Assembly: GCF_001194135.2 (NCBI RefSeq)
Contig: NC_068986.1
Span: forward strand, 109,127,894 to 109,174,912
From: Octopus bimaculoides
Lineage: Eukaryota
DNA: 47,019 bases
Direction of reading: 5' to 3'
Shown piece by piece: positions 23,815 through 35,475 of the stretch. The notes under the pieces were generated by a model that saw only the letters and a program-made list of their open reading frames with translations, was not told the DNA's origin and ran no database searches. Numbering within the stretch: the stretch's first letter is position 1; each line of letters begins with the position of its first letter. Position numbers and translations under genes: made by a program.

Positions 23815-24102
23815 ATATATGTATATGTATGTATGTATGTATGTATAAACACACACACCAAATATCCACCCACCCTGCTGTTTGTTCCTAAATTTAGTAA
23901 TTGAGAAAGAACAAGTTTGTTTTGAGGTGATAACCGATGCTAGATTTCTGCTGTGAAGAGCTGTAAATTTGTTGTAATATTTATACTACTAATTCCATAA
24001 TATTAAGATTATACTATTAAGACAATACTAAGACAATTGATATAATAGGATTAAGTCTGTTCTATTAACTGCTTCACTTGCATCTCTTCCAGGATGCTAG
24101 GC

Positions 24103-24169
<67 letters not shown>

Positions 24170-24185
24170 TATATATATATATACA

Positions 24186-24440
24186 TTCTTTTATTCTTTT
24201 ACTTGTTTCAGTCATTTGACTGCGGCCATGCTGCAGCACTGCCTTTTAGTCGAGCAAGTCGACCCCAGGACTTATTCTTTGTAAGCCTACTACTTATTCT
24301 ATCAGTTTCTTTCACTAAACTGCTAAGTTACAGGGACGTAAACACACCAACATCGGTCGTCAAAAGATGTTGGGGGGGGGACAAACACACATACAGACAC
24401 GCACGCACACACACACACGACAGGCTTCTTTCAGTTTCCA
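24186..24440 (-). mobile_element. SINE family B, 3' half
   Basis: TTTTACTTGTTTCAGTCATTTGACTGCGGCCATGCTG...GACAGGCTTCTTTCAGTTTCC. Confidence 0.8.
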
Positions 24441-24600
24441 AACCTTTTATTTAAATGAGTATTCCCACAGACCCCTTTTAAAATGTTTGTCCTTATGCAT
24501 ATAAATATATATATATATTTCCCTGAAACAGCTGTAAGACCACCTTTCTAATTATAAATGTCCTAGGAATATCAAATTGCCTTGGCCTTATTTTATTTAA

Positions 24601-24668
<68 letters not shown>

Positions 24669-25191
24669 CACACATATATATATATACACACACATATATA
24701 TATACACACACACACACACACATATATATGAAATTTTGAATTTAGTTTATAGACTCCCAGTACTACCTTTGCAGATCACCAGGGGTCTGCGGACCCCACG
24801 TTGGGCACCACTGTTCTAAAGCAATCCAGCAAATTGACTTTCCTGTCTTTTACACTAGATACATATCCAAGGAGTCTGTTTGAGGGAGCTTGGATGCTAT
24901 TTATAACAACAGATCATGGAAACATATATTCATGTTTGTTCCTCCCACCCCACTGCTTGTTGTTTTGGAAATGGTTTGTTTACATCCCCATAGCTTAGAT
25001 GTTTGGCAAAAGAAATCAATAGAATAAACATCAGACTTAAACTGAGACTTAAACTGAGAAAGAGAGTGGCCATTTTGAATAATCAAGAATACCGTGGATA
25101 GCACTCTATGACGCTTTACTGTTTTGGACTATGATTGGAAATCAGTTTCTTTGAACCGGGAATTAATGGTCATACATAACAGCACTACTAT

Positions 25192-25370
25192 CACATCATC
25201 ATCATCATCATCATCGTTTAATGTCCGCTTTCCATGCTAGCATGGGTTGGACGATTTGACTGAGGACTGGTAAACCAGAAGGCTGCACCAGGCTCCAATC
25301 TGGTCTGGCAGAGTTTCTACAGCTGGATGCCCTTCCTAACGCCAACCACTCCGAGAGTGTAGTGGGTGCT
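25192..25370 (-). mobile_element. Family A tail copy
   Basis: (CAT)n-CGTTTAATGTCCGC...GAGAGTGTAGTGGGTGCT. Confidence 0.85.
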
Positions 25371-26888
25371 GATACAATTTCTCATGATCCATTTTCAGCC
25401 AAATGGCCAAGACTGACCCAATGCTGTAGCAGAAAAGACTTGCTGAAGATGCTGCAAAGTGGTAACATGTGGTTGTGAGGTGAATGACTTAAACACACAG
25501 CCCAGCCTGTGTTGATGCTATGTTTGTCATAAGCGTCTGCTGTTTTTGGCCAACATTGAAGCCAATACAGGAACATAAACTGCCTGTATTTTGTGGGTTG
25601 TTTGGGAGTTTGAATGGATGAAATGACTGTATGTGAAATCAGATAATGTTAAATATTCAAAGAGGATAGCAAAAGGAAAAAAAAACCCCAAAAAAACCAA
25701 CAAAAAATGGAAATCTTATATTTAACATTAAAAAATAATTCACCATTACAATATATTGTGTATTCTTAATGTTAAATATTTCAAATGGCAGATGTAAGGA
25801 GTCAATATTAATAATACATAGACAATTAGTTGCTGGTGCTGCTGAAGATGATGATGATGATGGGAGGGGGTACTAGCACTGAGTAGGATGTGGTGGTGGT
25901 GGCAGTATGGCTATTATCATAGCATGAAATCAATAAAGTTCAAATAGATCTCGTTATCATCTCAATTATAATCATCAACCACCTATCTCATTGTCATTTT
26001 CATCATTCCCCCATCATCATTATTATCAATCCATCAACTCCATCACCATCATTAATAAAGTCACCACTACCACCACCACCACCACCACCACCATTACCAT
26101 TCAATTATTTTATGTTCTTTTATAGATTGAAATAAAATAGACAAGACCAAATTCCTCTCCTCCACTTTCAAATAGATTTGATCTACTTTTCTTCCCAAGT
26201 TAGCAGTCAGTAGCTTTGCCATTGCTCTACTACTTATTTGCCATTCACCGGATGTATCCTCTCAGATAAGTTGATCGTTTCTGATTCTTTCTCCTGTTTT
26301 CATTATAATCATTTGAGGATTTCTCTTGATTGCAACTCAGTCATATTTTTTCCTCCTCTTCTTTTCCTGATGATGTCATTTCTCTGTTTGGTATTTTTTT
26401 TCCACCACCCCACCACATCCCAACCCACAAACCCTACATCACAGACATACTGTCTCACCACTCTGCCTATCCTATCACCACCACAATGACCTCTGTTCCT
26501 CTGAAATACATATTTGTACACCACACCAAACCAAAACCCATTTGACACACTTGTCTCTCCACCCCCACCCCCACCCTCCTAGTCACTCCTCCACAGACAG
26601 TTCATTATCTGTTTTACCCAGTCCTTCCTTCCTACAGTGTCAACAGAATATGGTTTCCTTCCCACCTATATTTCTCAGACAGATGTTATTGGCCTACAAA
26701 TTAATTATTCGCAAAGAAAGCAGTATTAATACAAAAAAAAAAAATAATCTTTATATCCTGATTAACATGGATGCCCTGTTAAAACACCAAATACTACTTT
26801 ATTGGCTTTGAAAGATCCCCTCAGATAGGTGCTTGGTGCATAAAGCACACATATAGAGCGTATAGCAGATGAGAATCCTAATAACTAC

Positions 26889-27093
26889 GGTGGTGAGCTG
26901 GCAGAATCATTAGCACACCGGGCAAAATGCTTAGCAGTATTTCGTCTGTCTTTACGTTCTGAGTTCAAATTCCACTAAGGTTGACTTTGCCTTTCATCTT
27001 TTCAGGGTCGATAACTTAAGTACCAATTGCATACTGGGGTCAATCTAATCGACTGCCCCCCACCTCTCCAAAAATCTCAGGCCTTGTGCCTAG
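26889..27093 (+). mobile_element. SINE family C
   Basis: GGTGGTGAGCTGGCAGAATCATTAGC...GAGTTCAAATTCC...GGCCTTGTGCCTAG. Confidence 0.85.
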
Positions 27094-27136
27094 CTATGCA
27101 GTTTTTCGTTATGCAACCATAATATTCTACAAAGCA

Positions 27137-27260
27137 CAGGGTGTCCACAAAGTCTGGGTACATGGAGTAAATAAAATCATAATATAAACAATTAAATATA
27201 AGAAATAACTTCTTAAAGTATGTATTAATCCCCATGTACCCAGACTTTGTGGACACCCTG
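27137..27260. mobile_element. Tc1/mariner-type MITE (124 bp)
   Basis: Perfect 29-bp TIRs CAGGGTGTCCACAAAGTCTGGGTACATGG; flanked by CA and TA (TA TSD, one side mutated). Confidence 0.9.
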
Positions 27261-27441
27261 TATATTAAACCTTTTTATAAGTCAATACCATGTTCTACTG
27301 TGTTAGCAGTGCACTTTTACAAGTCACTAGTATTTAAGTACCAGCTTCCAGGAATGCATTTAATATGTAAATTAGTATATCCAATAACCAAACACCATAG
27401 TCTACAGTGGCTATTTAAGCACTATATTCAAGGATGAATAC

Positions 27442-27497
27442 TGATGGGTGCTGATGAAGGGGCAAAAACCCCCAAAATATGGTATATACACCCATTA
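27442..27497 (+). ncRNA. Decayed type I hammerhead ribozyme (core G12 lost)
   Basis: UGAUGGGUG-CUGAUGA-A-GGGG-CAAAAA-CCCCC-AAAA-UAUGGUAUA-UA^-CACCCAUUA; 9-bp stem I, but GAAA is absent. Confidence 0.55.
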
Positions 27498-28359
27498 CCC
27501 TTTTCTCATCTTTAATCTCCTAGTTTGTTTACATCTGATGTCTTGTATACGAAATGTAGCAAAAACCACTAGTGGCTATAATTTCTATAGAATATCTGTA
27601 GAGATAACCTTAACAGATGAGAACCATCTGTCTGGAATGCTGAAATTGCCATATTACAAGATTTCACTCGCCTACAATTTGTGTGTGTGTGTGCTTTTAT
27701 GCACCAAATACCTACATGAGAAGATCTCTCAAGGCTAATAGTGCAGTATTTGATGTTCTAACAAGGCATCCATATTATTTATTTGTGGGAATGCTATATC
27801 TGGAGCTCCTAATATTAGAGGTACTAATCAATTTCCAAATCTTCCGATTATAACGGGTATAACAAGGAAAAAAATTATTAGGAATGCATGGGCTGTGACA
27901 ATTACATTATATAACTGATTATCATTAAGAAGAGATCCTGGTTTTTTCCTAATTCTGTTCAAATTATTAGACTTAAGGAAGTACCTAGAAGTACCTGATC
28001 AAATTCCAAAAATGAAGTATAATGTGCCAATATCTTTGTGATTTGTTGAGAATATTCATCGCATATAAAGATTGACCATTGTTAAATAACAAAAAGAAAA
28101 TGGTTTATAAAACTGGGATTTTGTGGTTTAAGAAGTATCATCTAATAAACATCATTATTGCTTTAATGTCTACCTTTCCATGTTTGCATGCATTAGACAA
28201 GAGTACTGAGGCAGAGTTTTTCTATTGCCAGATGTCCTACCTGTTGCCAATTCTCACTTGTTTCCAAGCGAGCTTATCACTTTTCCAGTCTGTCAAACTA
28301 CAAACAGCCCAGACAAGTTTTATGCAGAGAACTGGAAACAAATAACACAGTTTAAAGAG

Positions 28360-28543
28360 TCTATCTGTGTGTATTGGCATATCCCAGAGTATGGTTGCTT
28401 TCTCGTTTTCTGTGACCTTTTCTGGCGTGTGTTTATACCATCTTTTTTCTGTTGTTATTCCATAGTGTTGGCATAGCTTCCAGTGTATATAGGTCCCAGC
28501 TCTGTCGTGTCTGGGACCTATATACACTGGAAGCTATGCCAAC

Positions 28544-28544
<1 letters not shown>
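28360..28544 (-). mobile_element. Fragment of an R2-superfamily (R4/Dong/NeSL-like) non-LTR element with a fold-back 5' junction
   Basis: RHDRAGTYIHWKLCQHYGITTEKRWYKHTPEKVTENEKATILWDMPIHTDR: region just upstream of the restriction-like endonuclease; abuts (TAT)n. Confidence 0.8.
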
Positions 28545-28582
<38 letters not shown>

Positions 28583-29059
28583 AACTAAATATTAACAACA
28601 GCAGGCAGTTGAACCAGCAGTTCCTACAGGATGAATGTAGGTGATCCCTCCATGAAAAAGGATTAACTCTTTATTAAGTGATTTACAATAAGTAAGTAAG
28701 TAGAGAGGCAGTTGTATTTATAATAGAACTAGTGTTGAAGTGCGATATGTATTTACAACTATAATACTGGACTGAATGAGGCCTTTTGTAGTTTCCCATT
28801 TAGCTGACACCTGGAACAATAATAATTGTCTTCATTAAGTCTGTTTTCTATTATTTTGCTTTTATTTTGCTTTGCATGCATATTAAATAGATTAATTCTC
28901 TCCTCATTGAAGGATTTTAAGTGACTAGGTCAATTGTAGGTCACAAAGGGTAACAGGCACTTACACACACACACACACACACCTACATCCCTAAATTAAT
29001 CTAGGCATCAAATCACACACACACACACACATACCCCCTTCCACCATCCTCTCTGCTCT

Positions 29060-29460
29060 CGTGTGACCTGTGGTCAACTTTCTTTTCACTCCAGCCGCTG
29101 TGAAGGCAAGACGAACTACTAGCGTTCTACCTCAGATTTGCGTTTGGCCGTACGGCTTTTGAATGTTGTTTTCACTGTCCATTTTTTCCTGTCTTGGTTT
29201 GTGTTTGCCACCTTGGAATCCTCTGTGTAGTGGGTTGATCCACTACTCAGGAAGAGACTATTCTAGAGTACGTTCTGTCTTGTCTTCGAAACGTCTAGAT
29301 AGAATAGAGACAGCTGATGAAGGGATATTCCAAGGGGCTTTCCGTTTTCCTATGTGTTCGTTCCGTTGTCTGTAGTTTATTGTTCTAACGTCCTGTACCC
29401 TGATATGCATGTATATACACATGTAGATGTAAGTATGTACATATATGTGTGTATACATGT
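29060..29460 (+). mobile_element. Interspersed element with degenerate hammerhead-core motifs
   Basis: CpG-rich block; CTCAGGA...GAAACGTC and CTGATGA motifs; 3' part shared with 7100-7290. Confidence 0.4.
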
Positions 29461-29474
29461 ATATATATTCTTTG

Positions 29475-29519
<45 letters not shown>

Positions 29520-30235
29520 ACACACACACAAACACACACACACGGATACATACATATGTATTTGTGTTCATGTGTGTGTGTGTATACACAGACACACACA
29601 CACACACATATATGCAGCAATTATAACCACATGCATTTATGCAGGTCTAATTGCATACACATATATATATGTATGTATGTATATCTATATGTGTCTGTGT
29701 GTGTGTGTGTGTGTGTGTGTATTTATATACACAGTTATATACATACATACAAACACTCACTATTTATATACACACTTCAAACATATACATATATAAACAC
29801 ATATACACACATAATATACACACACAGTATACATACACAGTATACATACACATAAACAAACAAATGGTATTGAAAGATTCAAGTTTTAAGTCTAAGGTTA
29901 CGTTTTTTTTTGTTTTGATAAACCAAGAAGACATTTAGATTAAAATACTGTGTCAGTTTTTATCTTTCATCTGTTTTGTATTATAAATTAAAAATAATGA
30001 ATGAAAAGACTTGCTTGGGATGCTGTTCATATTCTAATTTTGAAGGCTTAGTCAGTGAAGGAAGAGAATCCCCAGTGACTTCCACACGGGGCTCCTCTAA
30101 AGTCAAGGGAGAGGGAAAGGAAACCACTGGTAGCTTATTGTTGCTGTTATACTCTAGACCAGTTCTGATTGAGTAGTTCTATGGCCGAAGACATTCCAGC
30201 CAAGATCTTACAAATTTTCTTTTCATGACTAGTGT

Positions 30236-30850
30236 ACTTCGGCTTGCATTGTCCAATATACTTTTGTACAATTTTAATGGCCTCTGTTCCTCAGAGCTGC
30301 TGTCATACCTGTTCTTCTCCAGTATCCTCATCCCACACATCTGTTCACCTCATATCACCCTTCATCATCGTCGTTTAACGTCTGCTTTCCATGCTGGCAT
30401 GGGTTGGACGATTTGACTGAGGATTGGTGAAACCAGATGGCTACACCAGGCTCCAATCTGATCTAGCAGAGTTTCTACAACTGGATGCCCTTCCTAACGC
30501 CAACCACTCCGAGAGTGTAGTGGGTACTTTTACATACCACCGGCACGAAGGCCAGTCAGGTGGTACTGGCAACGGCTATGCTCAAAATGGTGTATTTTAC
30601 ATGCCACCTGCACAGGAGCCAGTTCAGCAGCACTGGCAACGATCTCACTCGAATGTCTTTACACGTGCCATCCGGCACAAGTGCCAGGAAAGCGATGCTG
30701 AGCCCAGGTGCCATTGACGGCTTCGCTTGTTTCATGCAATCTCAACAACACTGTACTAATCACTATTTACAGTCCTTTTTCCTTGCAATGCCTTCCCTCT
30801 GGAATCTCCTCATTGCACTTCTCTTTCCTGCAGCCATTGATCTGCAACAG
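30236..30850 (+). mobile_element. CR1/L2-group LINE 3' relic split by a family A insertion
   Basis: LSNILLYNFNGLCSSELL (30240-30300) and TNHYLQSFFLAMPSLWNLL...FPAAIDLQ (30750-30850) resemble the SFF..LWN.LP C-terminus of that group. Confidence 0.5.
30362..30725 (-). mobile_element. Family A copy
   Basis: High similarity to 19463-19830. Confidence 0.85.
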
Positions 30851-30854
30851 TAAA

Positions 30855-31075
30855 GGCGCATGGCTTAATGGCCAGGGTATTTGGCTCATGATCAAAAGAT
30901 CGCAAGTTCAGTTCCGACTGATGCACTGTATCCTTGAGCAAGACATTCTACATATTGTTCCAGTCTGCTCAGTAAAAATGAGTGGGCCAGCCTTGTCCCA
31001 TTCTGCGTAAGCTGAATCTCCCCAAGAACTAAATTAAGGGTATTCGTGTCTGTGGAGCATTCAACCACTTTCACA
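30855..31075 (+). mobile_element. Chimeric tRNA-headed SINE (own head, CORE-like block, family D 3' part)
   Basis: TGGCTTAATGG A box; TCCTTGAGCAAGACA; GCCTTGTC...GTGTCTGTGGAG...CCACTT matches 18930-19015. Confidence 0.6.
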
Positions 31076-31229
31076 GATCTTCAGCAGCAGAAACAAAACA
31101 TTAACAGCATCGAGCTCACTGGAGGGTTTGCAACAGTCATGAGTGCTGTCTTCCTCTGCAGACTAAAAAGAAATGGTAGTGTATGCTTTCAGACAAATAT
31201 GGTTATTCTTTCTAGCCATATAACTATAT

Positions 31230-31538
31230 GTGGAGGTGCAAAGCCTAGTGGTTAGAGTAGCGGACTCACAGTTGAGGGATCGTGGATTCGAATCTCAGAC
31301 AGGGCGATGTGTGTGCTTATGAGTGAAACACCTAAGTTCCATGTGGCTCCAGCAGAAGGTAATGGTAAACTTCTGCTGACTCTTTTGCCATAACCTTCTC
31401 TTACTCTTTTCTCCTGCATCTAGCAGTTCACCTGCGACAACTGGCATTTTGTTCAGGTGGGAAACCTATATGCTAATGAAACTGGGAAACCAGCCCTTAT
31501 GAGCCAGGCATGACTCAAGAAGGAACAAACAACAACAA
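31230..31538 (+). mobile_element. SINE related to family D, with 13-bp TSD
   Basis: Head GGAGGTGCAAAGCCTAGTGGTTAGAG...GGATTCGAATCTC; (CAA)n tail; CATATAACTATAT at 31217-31229 and 31539-31551. Confidence 0.8.
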
Positions 31539-31721
31539 CATATAACTATATAAGAACCCACTTGCCAGGTGGGGTTATTCCAGAAGGAAGCAATAAACTG
31601 ACTTATTGACATGTCCTCACAAGTGAAACCTGGTTCAATTTACTGAAAGTTTTGTGGATGTAAAAACATGACCAGCTCCTCAGACATTGGAAGCACATGC
31701 ACACATTCACACATACACATA

Positions 31722-32230
31722 TCATCATCATCATCATCGTTTAGCATCCGTTTTCCATGCTGGCATGAGTTGGATGGTTTGACTGAGAACTGGCAAGCCA
31801 GGAGCCTGTACCAGGCTCCAATCTGATTTGGCAAGGTTTCTACAGCGGAATGTCCTTCTTAACACCAACTGCTCTGAGAGTGTAGTGGATGCTTTTTCAT
31901 GCCACCGGCACAAGAGCCAGTCAGGTGGGCCTGGCATCAATCACATTTGGATAGTGCTTTTTACGTGCCACCGGCACAGGGGCCAGTCAGTGGGTACTGG
32001 CATCAGCCACATTCAGTTGGTGCTTTTTACATGTCACTGGCACGAGAGCCAGTCAGGGGATACTGGCATCGGCCATGTTCAGATGGTGCTTTTTTGTGCC
32101 ACTGGTACGGAAGCCAGTCAGGCAGACCTAGCAATGACTGCATTCGGATGGTGCTTTTTACGTGCCACTGGCACAGGAGCCAGTCAGGGAGCACTGGCCA
32201 TGGCTACAAAATTGGCTTTACTTGACTCAA
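31722..32230 (-). mobile_element. Family A copy with five ~66-bp tandem subunits
   Basis: Units beginning (G)TGCTTTTT near 31890, 31953, 32020, 32086 and 32151. Confidence 0.8.
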
Positions 32231-33466
32231 CAGGTCTTCTCAAGCATATCATATTGCACAACACATCAGGGGTACTCTTAACTGGGCTGGACATGCGTGG
32301 CTACGATCTCTCTTTAGTTTTTGGGTCTTCTCAATCACAGCAGTCCAAAGGTCTCGGTCTCCAATCCAAAGGTCTCGGTCTCCTGTCATTGCCTGTGTGA
32401 GGCCCAATGTAAAATAGTGAATTCTAACACAAGGTCACATAATTGGGTGGTCAGGTTAGAACAGTTGATTCAATCAACCCTAGGATTTAACCGGTACTTA
32501 TTCTACTAATCCAAGAAAGACGAAATGCAAAACTGACCTTGTGGGATTCGATCTCAGACCACAGGGATATCTAAATTCTCTAAAGTAAGAAAAAAAATTT
32601 ATCAACCAAATAAATATTAAAAAAATAAAATGAAAAATTAATTTTTCTCTCAATGCTAATGGACTAATCAAAAAATAAAAAAAAAAAGAATCATCTAATT
32701 AAACTTGCTTTAACTAGAAAGCATTAAGTGGTTAGTGTTTGCTCGTTAACCTTCCTGTTTTTACACCCACGTTTCCCACACTTGCTGAAATACTTAAAAT
32801 AATATTAGTCATTGAATAATATTGTCTTTTCTTCACTGAATAATTATATCTAATTAGATTTTTAATACTTACTGTATTAAATATGTAACACTAAATTGAC
32901 TATTATTTTTCTTGCTGCTGGTGTCCCTGAGTAAGCACTTTCAGTAATTTGTTAAATTCCGCTACTTTTTCACACCTATTCATGTATGAGATTGTATATT
33001 TACTTAATCATTTCTTCTTCAATATTTTAGTGTAAATATTCTGTAGTCTATACTTCGCTGAAGAGCTCTAATAACACTGAAACAGGTCATATACTTGCTA
33101 GAATAATTAAACCATTATTAACCATTAATTGATTTTTTTTTTTCACTACCTAATTAGTTCTACTTAGCTTTTTGGCACCATTTCATCATCATTTTGTGTT
33201 ACCAGTTGTTATCTCCTTCTCCTTGCATTAAATAAATTAATATTCTAATGACTGAGTTAGATTACAAATTTGGTTATAAAGACAGCTCTATATCGATTAA
33301 AGGATCAATGTTTATTAACTAATTATTCTGAAATCATAATTTACATTCTCCTTCCATAATTTTATAAGAAAAACAAAAAAAAATTTTCTTCTAATTAGAA
33401 AGGTTTACACCAAAAAAAGTTTTTGAATCCTTTTAAAATGATATCAAGGATTAGATTTACCCTGGT

Positions 33467-33921
33467 ATACTCTTTTACTCTTTTACTTGTTTCAGTCATT
33501 TGACTGTGGCCATGATGGAGNNNNNNNNNNTTACTCTTTTACTTGTTTCAGTCATTTGACTGTGGCCATGATGGAGTACCGCCTTTAGTCGAGCAAATCA
33601 ACCCCAGAACTTATTCTTTGTAAGCCTAATACTTATTCTATTGGTCTCTTCTCCCAAATCGCTAAGTTACGGGGGCGTTAACACACCAGCATCGGTTGTC
33701 AAGCGTTGGTGGGGGGGACAAACACAGACACACATATACAGATACATATATATATATACGACGGGCTTCTTTCAGTTTCTGTCTACCAAATCCATTCACA
33801 AGGCTTTGGTTGGCCCGAGGCTATAGTAGAAGACACTTGCCCAAGGTGCCACACAGTGGGAATGAACCCAGAACCATGTGGTTGGTAAGCAAGCTACTTA
33901 CCACACAACCACTCCTGCGCC
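33467..33921 (-). mobile_element. SINE family B, full length (interrupted by a 10-N gap)
   Basis: (TACTCTTT)n tail at left, head ACCACTCCTGCGCC at right. Confidence 0.85.
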
Positions 33922-34435
33922 TGTGGCTAAGATTAAAATATGTTTCTGTGTTTCCTACATCATGTTGATTAGAAGATGGTCTGGCTTGGAGTGGGAAGAA
34001 CTTGGCAAAGAAAACATACATTGTACTGATTCCAAAAAGCAATCTGAGGAATATGACTGTATGGTTAAGAAGTTTGCTTTCCATCCACAGAGTCTTGGGT
34101 TCAGTCCCTTCAGCAAGCATGTGTCTTCTACTATAGCTCCAGTCTGATCAAAACCTTGTGAGTGGATTTGGTAGGTGGAAACTGAAAGAAGCCTGTCATG
34201 TGTGTGTGTGTTTCCTTGTTTTGATATCACATGAGTTTTAAACAAATGTCGCTGGAAAGTGGTGTCCTTTGTCTCTGATCCTCCATATAAACATGTCATT
34301 CCCTAGTCATAGGGATATATGACCTTATTTGGAAAGAGGTAATGGTTGGCAACAGGAAGGGAGGGCATCAGGATGACATGCAAATATGTGAAGCATTAAA
34401 AAAAATAAGAAAAAAGATAAAATGAAATAAAGAAA

Positions 34436-34665
34436 GGCGAGCTGGCGGAATCGTTAGCAGGCCGGGCGAAATGCTTAGCGGTATTTCATCTGCCGTTAAG
34501 TTCTGAGTTCAAATTCCGCCGAGGTCGACTTTGCCTTTCATCCTTTCGGGGTCGATTAAATAAGTACCAGTTACGCACTGGGGGTCGATGTAATCGACTT
34601 AATCCGTTTGTCTGTCCTTGTTTGTCCCCTCTGTGTGTAGCCCCTTGTGGGCAGTAAAGAAATAA
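34436..34665 (+). mobile_element. SINE family C, young full-length copy
   Basis: CpG-rich GGCGAGCTGGCGGAATCGTTAGC...GAGTTCAAATTCCGCCGAGGTCGAC...GCAGTAAAGAAATAA. Confidence 0.9.
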
Positions 34666-35169
34666 CAGGAAGGGCATCTGGCCATAGAAAATCTACCTCA
34701 ACAAATTCTGTCCGACCCATAGAAATATGGAAAAGTGGATGTTGAGAAAATAATGATGAAATCTGCAACTTGAAACAAACCAGGAAACTTTATCAATTAT
34801 TATTGGTATTTTTTCTAGAACTTTCCAAAAGTTGTTACCTTTTATCTAAGAAATAAAAATGAAAAGTAAGAACAAATTTTTTGTAAGTGTTTTTAGAAAC
34901 TTTTATAAATTCGTCCAATTATTTTATAGAACTCATCTTTTTGGAATACATAACACTGATGAGGTAACGGAATTTCTGATTACGGAAATGACAAATAGAA
35001 TCCTTTGTAATTATTTTAGGAAGAATTATAGGAAACAATAAAGAATCATTTACAAGGAATACCAATTAGTCAATTCTCTAACTTACACGGAAAATTCTAA
35101 TGAAGAAAAAATCTCTCATTTTGTCTGCTGAAAGACATGAATGTGGGCTCCTGAGAGACAGCAGTCATA

Positions 35170-35409
35170 NNNNNNNNNNNNNNNNNNNNNNNNNNNNNNN
35201 NNNNNNNNNNNNNNNNNNNNNNNNNNNNNNNNNNNNNNNNNNNNNNNNNNNNNNNNNNNNNNNNNNNNNNNNNNNNNNNNNNNNNNNNNNNNNNNNNNNN
35301 NNNNNNNNNNNNNNNNNNNNNNNNNNNNNNNNNNNNNNNNNNNNNNNNNNNNNNNNNNNNNNNNNNNNNNNNNNNNNNNNNNNNNNNNNNNNNNNNNNNN
35401 NNNNNNNNA
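35170..35409. other. Assembly gap next to (AAAG)n
   Basis: N run. Confidence 1.

Positions 35410-35475
<66 letters not shown>

Noticed and set aside
31885-32215. CRISPR-like regular repeats with palindromes
   Set aside because: The intervening sequences are homologous to each other, there are no cas genes, and the context is a eukaryotic retroelement
32344-32383. Tandem TCCAAAGGTCTCGGTCTCC with four GGTCTC (BsaI) sites
   Set aside because: A simple 21-bp slippage duplication in old repeat sequence; no sign of a synthetic construct
31828-32400. 190-aa repetitive ORF
   Set aside because: Translation of the 66-bp tandem units (a multiple of 3) of family A on the non-sense strand
33058-33095. 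Hammerhead-like CTGAAGA...GAAACAGGTC
   Set aside because: Core words are present but neither stem I nor stem II pairs; at best a very old relic
33475-33576. 46-bp direct duplication around a 10-N gap
   Set aside because: Identical overlap on both sides of a gap is a contig-join artefact
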